From Planctomycetota bacterium (lineage in GTDB: Bacteria; Planctomycetota; Phycisphaerae; Phycisphaerales; Phycisphaeraceae), in contig JBCCOW010000010.1 in NCBI GenBank assembly GCA_039025195.1, positions 7,909 through 71,908 of the forward strand: DNA of 64,000 bases. Direction: 5' to 3'. Positions 9,700 through 19,658 of this stretch are shown piece after piece; positions within the stretch are counted from its first letter, which is position 1, and each line of letters starts with the position of its first letter. Made by a program: the position numbers and the translations under genes. The notes below the pieces were generated by a model. It was not told where the DNA came from. It made no database searches and saw only the letters and a list, made by a program, of their open reading frames with translations.

Positions 9700-10503
9700 A
9701 TGCCGACGATCCACCCCACCTCTCAAGTCGATCCCGAGGCCGAGCTGCACGACTCGGTTGAGGTGGGCCCGTTTTGTGTCATCGGGGCGGGCGTGCGGTT
9801 GGCGGAGGGGAATCGGCTGTTGGGAAGCAACTACCTCAACGGGCCGTTGACGATGGGGCCGGGCAACACCGTCTATCCGCACGCCTGCATCGGGTATGCC
9901 CCGCAGGACCGCAAGACCGACCCGGACGAGGCGGGGCACGGCACGGTGATCGGCAGCGACAACGTGATCCGCGAGGGCGTCACGATCCACCGCGGGGTGA
10001 TCAAGCGGCCGACCAAGGTGGGCGACCGGAACTACCTGATGGTGAATACGCACCTCGGGCACGATGTATTGCTCGGCTCGGACACGATGCTGGCCAACGG
10101 GGTGCTGCTGGGCGGGCACGTCACGGTGGGCGACCGGGCGGTTCTGGGCGGCAACGCGGCGGTCCACCAGTTCATGCGGATCGGTCGGCTGGCCATGATC
10201 TCCGGGGTCGCGGCGGTGACCAAAGACCTTCCCCCGTTCTGCACGGTGTTTCAGACCAAGTCGGTGGGCGGGCTGAACCTGGTGGGCCTCCGCCGCGCCG
10301 GGCTGCGGGAACACATCGGGCCGTTGCAGAAGGCGTTTGATCTGTATTACCGCCGCGGGCTTGCAAGGCCGACCGCGTTGGAACGCATGCGGGCCGAGGT
10401 GGGCGACGACCCGATCGCGTCGGAGTTCATCGCGTTCATCGCCTCGAGCGAGGCCGGGGTCACGCCCTACGCCCGGCGGGGTGCGGCAGCCCCGTCGGAG
10501 TGA
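9700..10503 (+). CDS. lpxA: Acyl-ACP--UDP-N-acetylglucosamine O-acyltransferase
   Basis: 267 aa. N-terminus IHPTSQVDPEAELHDSVEVGPFCVIG, left-handed beta-helix hexapeptide repeats, and a C-terminal helical domain (LVGLRRAGL...). Confidence 0.9.
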   Translation: MPTIHPTSQVDPEAELHDSVEVGPFCVIGAGVRLAEGNRLLGSNYLNGPLTMGPGNTVYPHACIGYAPQDRKTDPDEAGHGTVIGSDNVIREGVTIHRGVIKRPTKVGDRNYLMVNTHLGHDVLLGSDTMLANGVLLGGHVTVGDRAVLGGNAAVHQFMRIGRLAMISGVAAVTKDLPPFCTVFQTKSVGGLNLVGLRRAGLREHIGPLQKAFDLYYRRGLARPTALERMRAEVGDDPIASEFIAFIASSEAGVTPYARRGAAAPSE

Positions 10504-10514
10504 ACAGGTCGGGC

Positions 10515-11501
10515 TCAGTACCCGATGCCGAACTGCTCGATGATGATCTGGTCGCTGTCTTCGAGGATGTCCCCGCGGAGGCGGTAGCGGTAGACGCTGT
10601 TGATGAGGGCTTCATCGATGTCGGCGTAGCCAGAGCTTTGGAGTGTGACGACGCGGTCGACGCGGCCGTTGCGGTTGAAGTGGATGTCGAACACAGCGAC
10701 CCCGCGGGCGGCGAAGATGGCGGAGTTGACACGCTCGGGGCGTTTGGTGATGAGCTCGAAGCCCTGGCCGACAAAGACGCCGTTGGCCCGTTTCTGCAGG
10801 TCGGTGTAGCGGATCGTGACCGGCGGTGACTCGGCGTCGGTGCGTGGGGCAGCGGTCGGATCGGGCGGCTCGGTCGTGGGCGGAGCTGGGTTGGGTTGAG
10901 GGTCGGGGTTGGGCGTCTCTGGGGGTGACGGTTGGGGCGTGGGCGGTGGGTTAGGGGTGGTGACCGCCACGTCGCCCGTTGGGGGGGGCGGTACTTCGGC
11001 GATGAGCGGGGCGGGCGGTGTTGGGGGGCGCGGCGCCGCTTCGGGCTGCGGGGTGGTGGGGGTGGTGGGTATGGGTGGACGAGTAACGATGATTGGAGGT
11101 GTTGGCGGGGAGGCGGGCGAAGGTGGCGTGGGGTTGAGCACATCACGCGGCGCGTCGGGGGTCGGGTCGGCGTCGTCTTGCTGCGCGGCCTGCGTGACGC
11201 GTCGCTGCTTGGCGACCAGCTCCTCGAAGTCGTCGTGACCGATCCACGCGATGGTTTGGACCGGCGGCGCTTCGAGCCGGCCGAGTTCCAGCGTGGGTTG
11301 TGGCGTATCGGCGTCGTCGAGGTCGTCACGCTTGGTGGTTGCGGTGGGCTTGTCGGTCCCTACCCGCGGCGAACCGCTGTAAGCGACCAGTATCACCGCG
11401 GTCTGCGGCATTGCGACCAGGTAAAGCCCCAATGCCAGCACCAGAGCAATCGCCAGCCGAAGCCACAGGCCGGACGGCTCAAGCGTCACCGAAGAACTCA
11501 C
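10515..11501 (-). CDS. TonB-like energy-transducer protein (N-terminal TM anchor, long Pro-rich spacer, TonB_C-like domain)
   Basis: 328 aa with a GTG start overlapping the exbD stop. TM segment LWLRLAIALVLALGLYLV, a Pro-rich region of more than 120 aa, and a C-terminal beta-rich domain ending SVYRYRLRGD. Confidence 0.6.
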   Translation of the reverse strand: MSSSVTLEPSGLWLRLAIALVLALGLYLVAMPQTAVILVAYSGSPRVGTDKPTATTKRDDLDDADTPQPTLELGRLEAPPVQTIAWIGHDDFEELVAKQRRVTQAAQQDDADPTPDAPRDVLNPTPPSPASPPTPPIIVTRPPIPTTPTTPQPEAAPRPPTPPAPLIAEVPPPPTGDVAVTTPNPPPTPQPSPPETPNPDPQPNPAPPTTEPPDPTAAPRTDAESPPVTIRYTDLQKRANGVFVGQGFELITKRPERVNSAIFAARGVAVFDIHFNRNGRVDRVVTLQSSGYADIDEALINSVYRYRLRGDILEDSDQIIIEQFGIGY

Positions 11502-11995
11502 GGCTCACCCCCTTCCGGCAGGCCCACCAGCGACCATCGCTCAACCCCGGCGCGACGCAGGCGTTGCATCAGGTCGAACATCACCGGGCCTCGATCGACC
11601 GGCGGCTGGTCGGCTGCGGCCCCCGCGGTTCCGGAACCGGCGACCGCATCGGGCAGACCTTCCGCCGCCATCGTGATGAACAGCACATCCTTGGGTTGCT
11701 CGGAGTTGGCCTCATCGGACTTGCCGAGTTCCTTTAGGCGTTTGTCCAGCTCCTCGGGGCTGAGCACTCGGCCGTCCCAGATGTATTCACCACGGGGTCC
11801 GATGGCGAGGATCTGCAGTCCCGCCGACTCGGGCCGCTGCCCGCCCGTGACCTCGGCCAGCTCGAACGGCAAGACCTCGGCCTGCACCATCAACGCGATC
11901 GCGTAGATGAAGAAGGTCAGCAGCAGGAACACGACATCGATGAGCGGCATGAGCTCGATGCGTGGGGACAGGTCGTGTCGGGGCCGTTTCCGCAC
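11498..11995 (-). CDS. exbD: Biopolymer transport protein ExbD/TolR
   Basis: 165 aa. N-terminal signature IELMPLIDVVFLLLTFFI and a periplasmic domain. Confidence 0.8.
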   Translation of the reverse strand: MRKRPRHDLSPRIELMPLIDVVFLLLTFFIYAIALMVQAEVLPFELAEVTGGQRPESAGLQILAIGPRGEYIWDGRVLSPEELDKRLKELGKSDEANSEQPKDVLFITMAAEGLPDAVAGSGTAGAAADQPPVDRGPVMFDLMQRLRRAGVERWSLVGLPEGGEP

Positions 11996-12042
11996 AGACG
12001 CATTGTAGAGGCAGGGGTCGGTTAGCCCGAGTATGGCGTGGC

Positions 12043-12831
12043 TCAGGGCACACGGACGAGGCTCGACCGCAGCTGGTCCTCTCGGCCGTCCTTGCGGACG
12101 ATCACGCTTCTGCCGTTGGCGGTGTGGAAGGGGAATTCGTCTTGTGCGGATTTGATGCGTGGGCCGTAGCCGCGGACGCCCTGTCGGCTAATGAAGTCGT
12201 TTTCGGTGAAGAGGCCAACAGTGACCATGGAGACGTTCTGGCCGTGGTAGAAGTAGGCCTCGGTGCCGTCGTCGCGGAGTGCGGCGGCGGCGTCCTCAGC
12301 GGCCCGGCGGAAGCCGTCGCCGAACTGGGCGTCGTAGTAGCCGATCTGCAGGCTGTAGAACCCGGCGTGCTGCTTGAGGTCTTTGGGGTCTTGGGTGGCG
12401 GTGGCTTCGCGGGCTCTGGAGACATCGACGAATCGGGCGTCGGCGAAGGGCGTGCCGCCGTCGAGCTGGGCGGCGCGGACTTGCCGCAGGGCCATGGTGG
12501 CGTCGGGCAAGCGGGGTGAGCGGAATCGGCCGTGGTAGACCGTGGAGACGGTGCCGTCGTCGGCGTACCAGAGGTCACCCAGGTCGGACTCGCGGTTGAG
12601 CCGACGGACCAGGCGGTAGGCATCGCGGAACCGGTTCGCCCCCTCGAAGCGGTCCAACGCGATGGCCCAGTTCCCGAACAGGACTGGTGTATCCCGTTGC
12701 TCGGTCCTTTGTGCACCGGGGAAGCTGTCCCACGACGAGGTCCGCGAGATCTCCTGCATACAGCCAGGGATGACGCATACGACCAGACCCGCCAGAGCGA
12801 GGAATGCTGCCACGCTACCCGAGCGGGTCAT
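12043..12831 (-). CDS. Lipoprotein with two SPOR-like repeats (tentative)
   Basis: The ATG at 12831 gives the lipobox signal AFLALAGLVVCVIPGC. There are two modules of about 80 aa (WAIALDRFEG...VYHGRF and YSLQIGYYD...VTVGLF) with a SPOR-like pattern. Confidence 0.4.
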   Translation of the reverse strand: MTRSGSVAAFLALAGLVVCVIPGCMQEISRTSSWDSFPGAQRTEQRDTPVLFGNWAIALDRFEGANRFRDAYRLVRRLNRESDLGDLWYADDGTVSTVYHGRFRSPRLPDATMALRQVRAAQLDGGTPFADARFVDVSRAREATATQDPKDLKQHAGFYSLQIGYYDAQFGDGFRRAAEDAAAALRDDGTEAYFYHGQNVSMVTVGLFTENDFISRQGVRGYGPRIKSAQDEFPFHTANGRSVIVRKDGREDQLRSSLVRVP

Positions 12832-12907
12832 CGCGTTAGATCGATTCGTGGTTCGGCCAGCACGCACGGTCTGATTTTAAGCCCTGTGACGGTAACTAAT
12901 CACAACA

Positions 12908-13978
12908 GTGGACTTGACCCACCCAATGGCCGATATACCATTCGTACATCCGGATAGACAGATGGTCCAATTGCCCGCAGCACATCCCGACACGTTTGAC
13001 GCAGCAGTAGCCGCTTCTACGCCGCAGCCCAACAGCCTGCAGGGGTGGACCCAAAGCCTGGCTGCTGTATCTGACCCTATCCGTCTGCGATTGCTGCATT
13101 TACTGGAAGCCCACGAGCTCGGCGTCTCCGAGCTCTGCGACGTCACCCAGCTGCCCCAGAGCACCGTGTCCCGGCACCTCAAAGTCCTCGGCGAAGACCA
13201 CTGGGTCGTCTCACGCCGGCAGGGCACCACAAACCGCTACCGGATGCTCCTCGACGAGCTGAGCGCGACCCAGCGGGCGATCTGGCTGCTCTCTCGGCAG
13301 CAGACGACCGGCGGGGCGACCCTCGAACAGGACGGGCTTCGGCTGACGCGTGTTCTTGAGCGTCAGGCCGGGCCAGCCGGCTTCTTCGATCAGGCCGCCG
13401 ACGCCTGGGATCAGACCCGTGAAGAGCTCTACGGGCGATCCTTCACCACCCGATCCTTCGCCGGCCTCCTGCCCGATCACTACACCGTCGTCGACCTCGG
13501 CTGTGGCACCGGCTCCACGCTTGCCGACCTCGCACCCTGGGTGACCCAGGTCATCGGTATCGACCGCTCCAAGCCGATGCTCGAAGCCGCCGCCGCCCGC
13601 ACCGCCGACCTGCCCAATGTTGACCTCCACCACGGCGATCTCGAAGCCCTCCCCATCCCGGATCAATCCGCCGACGCTGCGCTGCTGATCCTAGTGCTTG
13701 CCTACCTCGACGACCCCGCCCCCGTCCTCGCCGAGATGCACCGCATCCTCAAGCCCGGCGGCATCGCCTTGGTCATCGATCTGCTTGAACACGAACGTGA
13801 CGACTTTCGCCGAGACATGGAACAAGTCCGCTGCGGCTTTGCTCCCGCTCACCTGACCAACCTCCTGACCTCCGCCGGTTTCACCACGCCCCGGGCTCAC
13901 CCGCTCCCCCCCGAACCCCACACCAAAGGCCCCGCTCTCCTCATGGCCACTGCCTATAAGCCCGGCCACCGAAACTAA
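12908..13978 (+). CDS. ArsR-family HTH regulator fused to a SAM-dependent methyltransferase-fold domain (SahR-like)
   Basis: ArsR wHTH ([37 protein letters not shown]) plus methyltransferase motif I ([10 protein letters not shown]) and post-I/II motifs. The start is ambiguous: GTG 12908, ATG 12926 or ATG 12962. It lies 52 nt upstream of ahcY. Confidence 0.75.
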   Translation: MDLTHPMADIPFVHPDRQMVQLPAAHPDTFDAAVAASTPQPNSLQGWTQSLAAVSDPIRLRLLHLLEAHELGVSELCDVTQLPQSTVSRHLKVLGEDHWVVSRRQGTTNRYRMLLDELSATQRAIWLLSRQQTTGGATLEQDGLRLTRVLERQAGPAGFFDQAADAWDQTREELYGRSFTTRSFAGLLPDHYTVVDLGCGTGSTLADLAPWVTQVIGIDRSKPMLEAAAARTADLPNVDLHHGDLEALPIPDQSADAALLILVLAYLDDPAPVLAEMHRILKPGGIALVIDLLEHERDDFRRDMEQVRCGFAPAHLTNLLTSAGFTTPRAHPLPPEPHTKGPALLMATAYKPGHRN

Positions 13979-14030
13979 ACAACTGCTTACCCCTTACTCC
14001 GTACTTCTTACTCCTCCTAAAAGGAACCCC

Positions 14031-15560
<1,530 letters not shown>

Positions 15561-15596
15561 ATCTGTCTGGCTGCGTGTCAGATCCGTTAACAAGCA

Positions 15597-15635
15597 ACAA
15601 GCCCGCGTCGAAAAGACGCGGGCTTGTTGTAGTTT
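15597..15635. terminator. Bidirectional intrinsic terminator between convergent ahcY and the ECF operon
   Basis: A 13-bp perfect stem, ACAAGCCCGCGTC (15597-15609) and GACGCGGGCTTGT (15615-15627), with loop GAAAA, followed by TGTAGTTT. Confidence 0.7.
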
Positions 15636-15650
15636 AAGAACTGCGCTTAG

Positions 15651-16115
15651 TTAATCATCAACCTGGAGGATCAGTGCTCGGAGGTGTTCCTTGACCTTTT
15701 CGGGTTGGTCCAGCTCGCTGTAGGCATCGATGAGCTTGAACCGGATCACCCGCTGCACCGTTTCGTCGTCGGATTCTTCCAGTAACGGCTCAAGCATCTC
15801 GACCATCTCGCCAGGCCCCTCGACGTGGTCTTCCACGCCCATCACGGCAGCGACGGCTGAGAGGGTCGGCGAGTCGGCGATTTCTTTCATGGTTTCCACC
15901 AGCCCGAGCAGACGCTCGAACAGCTCGATATCCAGCAGGAAGCCCTCGACTTCTTCCTCCTCTTCGTAGTGTTCGTCCTCGTGGTCATGGTCGTGATCAT
16001 GGTCGTCGGCCAGAAGCGGCGTAGCGGGCATCGCGAAGAGCATGGCGGCCAGCGTCAGGATGCCCAGACGGGCGAGCCAAGCGATGGCGTACGGGTGGTG
16101 AGCATGTTTCTTCAT
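15651..16115 (-). CDS. Exported His/Asp/Glu-rich helical protein (putative metal-binding), third gene of the ECF operon
   Basis: 154 aa. Signal peptide (LGILTLAAMLFAMPATPLLA) followed immediately by DDHDHDHDHEDEHYEEEEE. Its start overlaps the upstream gene's stop by 4 bp. Confidence 0.55.
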   Translation of the reverse strand: MKKHAHHPYAIAWLARLGILTLAAMLFAMPATPLLADDHDHDHDHEDEHYEEEEEVEGFLLDIELFERLLGLVETMKEIADSPTLSAVAAVMGVEDHVEGPGEMVEMLEPLLEESDDETVQRVIRFKLIDAYSELDQPEKVKEHLRALILQVDD

Positions 16116-16645
16116 AACAAGGACTCCTGGGGGTGAGGGACAAACGGGTTGTTGGAAGCCCCCGAACGGTTCGGGGCTTCGGGCTCAGGGGTGGGCCGGC
16201 GGAGCGTCCAACGCAGACGGGGCCGGCTGATGCGTTGCTGGATGGGGGTGAGGTCGGGCAGCTGAGTCAGGGCAACGCGGTCCTGTAGGCGGTTGGGCCG
16301 CGAGGCCGGTGTGAAGCGGATGGCGGGCAGTTTGCTCTTGACCACGGCAGGGGGTGCTTCGGTCTTCGGTGTCGAATCCGAGGGTCGGCTGGTGTGGGCG
16401 GTGGTGTCTGGGCTGCCGGTATCCGGATGGACCATCAGCAGTAGGCCGGCGGTGACAGCAATGACTGCAGCGGTCAGGCCCGCCGCCACCCCGAAGACGA
16501 CACGCAGAGCCCGGCGTCTTTGCAACGGTGTCAGAGGACCTCGCCCGCTCTGACCCATCACTTGGCCAGCCAGATCGCCGGGATAGTGCTGCTGGTGGTA
16601 AGCCTTCCCCGCACGCTCAAGCTGTTCACGCAGAGGGCTGCTCAT
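16112..16645 (-). CDS. Putative anti-sigma factor (single-pass membrane protein)
   Basis: 177 aa with a 4-bp overlap with the sigma gene. It has a short cytoplasmic N-terminus, one TM (VVFGVAAGLTAAVIAVTAGLLLMV) and an extracytoplasmic tail. The call rests on position and topology only. Confidence 0.5.
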   Translation of the reverse strand: MSSPLREQLERAGKAYHQQHYPGDLAGQVMGQSGRGPLTPLQRRRALRVVFGVAAGLTAAVIAVTAGLLLMVHPDTGSPDTTAHTSRPSDSTPKTEAPPAVVKSKLPAIRFTPASRPNRLQDRVALTQLPDLTPIQQRISRPRLRWTLRRPTPEPEAPNRSGASNNPFVPHPQESLL

Positions 16646-17241
16646 GCTCGGGCCTCCAGCTGACCACGCAGCTTGCGGAGTGCCTGCGACAGCGTGGCTT
16701 TCACGGTCCCCGGTGAGCAGGCCATCGCCTCGGCGGCCTCGGCGGTGCTCAGGCCCTCGAAGTAACGCAGCACGACCGCTTCCCGTTGGCGGTCGGGCAA
16801 CGCCTCGACCACGCGGTATAAGGCCGCCTGGTCTTCACGATCCACCGCCTGATCAGCTGGCCCTGCCGCGTCGTCACGGACCAGCCGGAGGCTGGGCTCG
16901 CCAGCAAGTTTCCTTGGGCACTTCCGCTGCAGCTCCCGGCAGACGTTGGTGGCGATGCCCAGCGACCAGGTCCGCAGCCGGCTCGCCCCCCGGAACTGAG
17001 CCAGTCCCGCCAAGAAGCGTCGAGCTGTCTCTTGGGTTGCGTCTCGGGCCATCTCGTCGTCTCGCAGCATCGACCAGCAGTAGCGGAACCACACGTCCTG
17101 TAGTCCGCGGATCAGCGACGCCTGGGCGTCCCGGTCCCCGAGCTGCGCTCTTTCGAGCCATCGCGGGTCGTCTGCCGGGGGCGGTTCCGGGGTTGATTCC
17201 GGGGGTAGTTCCGGGGGCGATTCCGGGGGCGTCACACCCAT
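16642..17241 (-). CDS. ECF-type RNA polymerase sigma-70 factor
   Basis: 199 aa. Region 2 (DATQETARRFLAGLAQFRGASRLRTWSLGIATNVC) and region 4 (ALPDRQREAVVLRYFEGLSTAEAAEAMACSPGTVKATLSQALRKLR). Confidence 0.88.
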   Translation of the reverse strand: MGVTPPESPPELPPESTPEPPPADDPRWLERAQLGDRDAQASLIRGLQDVWFRYCWSMLRDDEMARDATQETARRFLAGLAQFRGASRLRTWSLGIATNVCRELQRKCPRKLAGEPSLRLVRDDAAGPADQAVDREDQAALYRVVEALPDRQREAVVLRYFEGLSTAEAAEAMACSPGTVKATLSQALRKLRGQLEARA

Positions 17242-17265
17242 GAGTGCATCTCCGCTCCGATGGGT

Positions 17266-18153
17266 TTAGCCCGCATGCGAGCCGCGGCGGAATTCGCGTG
17301 GGCTGCAGCCCCGGAGCCGACGGAACACGCGGTTGAAGTTCGAGAGGTTGGTGAAGCCCGAGTCGGCGGCGATCCGCGTGACGGGGTGATCGGTACCGGT
17401 CAGGGCCTGGCAGGCGTGGGCGATCCGGAGCTCGTGGAGGTACTGGATGAAGGTCTTGCCCATGGTGCGTTTGAACAGCCGGGCGAAGGCGGAGGGGGTC
17501 AGGTGGGCGGCGTCGGCCGCGTCGTCGAGGGCCATCGGCTGATCCCACCTTTCAGCAAGCAGGCCCCAGACCGGGTCCAGCCGGCTGGTGTTGCGGCGGC
17601 GGGTCTGGCTGGCGAACCCCGAGGGGTCCAGCGCCTCGGTCGGCGTCTCGCTGATCTCGGCCAGCAACTCCAACAAACCGAGCACCCGCCTCGCCCCGCT
17701 GCCCTCGTGCATCGCCCGCATCGCATCGGCCAGCCGCTGCCGCTCCGTCGCCCGCCAACGCTCATTCCCGATCAGCAGCCCGTGCTCCGCGGTCTGGAGC
17801 AACGCCCGAAGCCCCGCAAAGTCCGCGTGGGCGATCACCTCTTGGCCCAGCCTATCGCTGTCGAACTGCGCGACCCAGGCCTCCATCCCACCCGCCTCAT
17901 CCGCCTCATCGCTCCGCGTATCCAGCACCCAGAGGTGCGGCACACCCCCGCCCAGGAGCACAAAGTCGCCCGCCCGGTACGGCTGCACGGACGCTCCCGC
18001 AAACCGCTGACCCCGGCCCTTCACAATCAGCGTCAGCTCGGCCTCGGGGTGCCAGTGCCAGCGGTGGGGCATCGCATGCTCCCGTACGTGGACCGTGTGC
18101 ACCAGCCCGCCGTCCTTGGAGACTCTTTCGCGTTCCGGCCGCAGCATGGTCAA
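17266..18153 (-). CDS. AraC-family transcriptional regulator with N-terminal cupin domain
   Basis: 295 aa. Cupin region (HRWHWHPEAELTLIV) and C-terminal double HTH (LTPSAFARLFKRTMGKTF...IAADSGFTNLSNFNRVFRR). Confidence 0.88.
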   Translation of the reverse strand: MTMLRPERERVSKDGGLVHTVHVREHAMPHRWHWHPEAELTLIVKGRGQRFAGASVQPYRAGDFVLLGGGVPHLWVLDTRSDEADEAGGMEAWVAQFDSDRLGQEVIAHADFAGLRALLQTAEHGLLIGNERWRATERQRLADAMRAMHEGSGARRVLGLLELLAEISETPTEALDPSGFASQTRRRNTSRLDPVWGLLAERWDQPMALDDAADAAHLTPSAFARLFKRTMGKTFIQYLHELRIAHACQALTGTDHPVTRIAADSGFTNLSNFNRVFRRLRGCSPREFRRGSHAG

Positions 18154-18243
18154 AATCGTATCGGAAACTGCCGAGATTCATGCAGATTCGGCCCAAATTT
18201 CGGGCAACATACGCATTCTCGCATTCACCTCAGGAGTCCCCCT

Positions 18244-19083
18244 ATGACCGCTTCCCCCTCTGCCCCGTCCCCCAGCCTGGCGGGCCTCGACCTCGACACG
18301 CCTTACGCATTGAACCCCGACGACATCGCGCGGTTCCGGCAGGACGGGTTCATCCGCCTGCCCGCGGTGTTTTCTGCTGAGGAGCTCGCCGCGATTGATG
18401 GTGTTCTTACCCCCCTGACCCTCGCCGAGGCCCCGGAGACCGACCTCGAAGACCGCAACACCTACGGCAAGGCCTTCATCCAGGTCGGCAACCTATGGGA
18501 GAAGGCCCAGGACGCCAAGACCATCACGTTCAGCAAACGCCTCGCCCGGATCGCCACCGAACTGCTCGGCACCGCCGGCGTCCGCCTCTACCACGACCAG
18601 TGCCTGTACAAAGAGGCCGGCGGCGGGTTCACGCCCTGGCACGTCGACCAGCAGTACTGGCCGATGGACAGCCCGCTGTCGGTGACCGCCTGGTTCCCGT
18701 TCCAGGCGACCACGCTCGACATGGGCCCATTGTGTTTCGGCAAGGGCTCGCACCTCCGCAAGATCGGGCGTGAGCTCGAGATCTCCGACGAATCCGAGCG
18801 CCTGATTCAGGCCGAGGTCAAGAAACAGAAGATCGTCGAAATCTACGAGCCCTACGGCCTCGGCGACGTGTCCTTCCACTACGGCTGGACCCTCCACCGG
18901 GCCGGCCCCAACACCTCCGACAAGCCCCGCAAAGTCCACACCGTGATCTACATGGACCAGGACATGAAGCTCATCGAGCCGAAGACCCAGGCCCACCGCA
19001 ACGATTGGAACAACTGGACACCTTCGACCAAAGTCGGCGAGGTGATGGACGACCCGAAGAACCCCGTGCTTTACTCGGCATGA
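18244..19083 (+). CDS. Phytanoyl-CoA dioxygenase (PhyH) family oxygenase
   Basis: The ATG at 18244 (MTASPSAP...) lies within a track ORF whose 5' part is antisense to the AraC gene. HxD is in FTPWHVDQQYW and the distal His in FHYGWTLHRAG. It is divergent from the AraC regulator. Confidence 0.8.
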   Translation: MTASPSAPSPSLAGLDLDTPYALNPDDIARFRQDGFIRLPAVFSAEELAAIDGVLTPLTLAEAPETDLEDRNTYGKAFIQVGNLWEKAQDAKTITFSKRLARIATELLGTAGVRLYHDQCLYKEAGGGFTPWHVDQQYWPMDSPLSVTAWFPFQATTLDMGPLCFGKGSHLRKIGRELEISDESERLIQAEVKKQKIVEIYEPYGLGDVSFHYGWTLHRAGPNTSDKPRKVHTVIYMDQDMKLIEPKTQAHRNDWNNWTPSTKVGEVMDDPKNPVLYSA

Positions 19084-19193
19084 CCGAAGCGAGCCGGCCC
19101 GTGTCGGGCCGGGGTTCCACGCAAAACTTCACGCACCCGTCACCCCGCCGGGGCGACACGCCCCGGCTCGCTTCGTGCGCGTATGCTGAACCG

Positions 19194-19658
19194 GTGCAAG
19201 ACGACGCGTACTACATGCAACTCGCCCTCGACCGGTGTCGGGAGGGCATCGAGAACGGTCAGTCCCCGTTCGGGGCCGCGATCGTGTCCGCGGATGGTGA
19301 GTTGCTGGCGGTCGAGCACAACACCTGCCGTGCAGACCACGACCCGACCGCCCACGCCGAGGTGCAGGCCATCCGCGCCGCGTGCCAGAAGCTGCAGCAT
19401 CGCTATATCGACGGCGCGACGGTCTACGCCACCACCGAGCCTTGCCCGATGTGCTTCACCGCCAGCCACTGGGCCAGTGTGAAGCGCATCGTCTACGCCG
19501 CGTCCATCGCCGACGCCGCCCGCTTCGGTTTTCGCCAACTCGAAATCTCCACCGAACAACTCAACACGCTGGGCCGTGCCGACATGGAAATCGTGCCACA
19601 CTTCATGCGGGCCGAGTCGGTCGCCCTCTTCGAGCTGTGGCGTGACAAGCAGGCTTAG
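19194..19658 (+). CDS. CMP/dCMP-type zinc deaminase (guanine or tRNA-adenosine deaminase-like)
   Basis: Zinc motifs HAEVQAIR and PCPMCFTA are present. The likely start is GTG 19194 or ATG 19215. The longer track ORF overlaps the PhyH gene. Confidence 0.8.
   Translation: MQDDAYYMQLALDRCREGIENGQSPFGAAIVSADGELLAVEHNTCRADHDPTAHAEVQAIRAACQKLQHRYIDGATVYATTEPCPMCFTASHWASVKRIVYAASIADAARFGFRQLEISTEQLNTLGRADMEIVPHFMRAESVALFELWRDKQA

Noticed and set aside
13979-14030. SAH riboswitch upstream of ahcY.
   Set aside because: Only 52 nt separate the upstream stop codon from the ahcY start. This is too short for the known SAH riboswitch fold, and no pseudoknot-forming complementary segments were seen.
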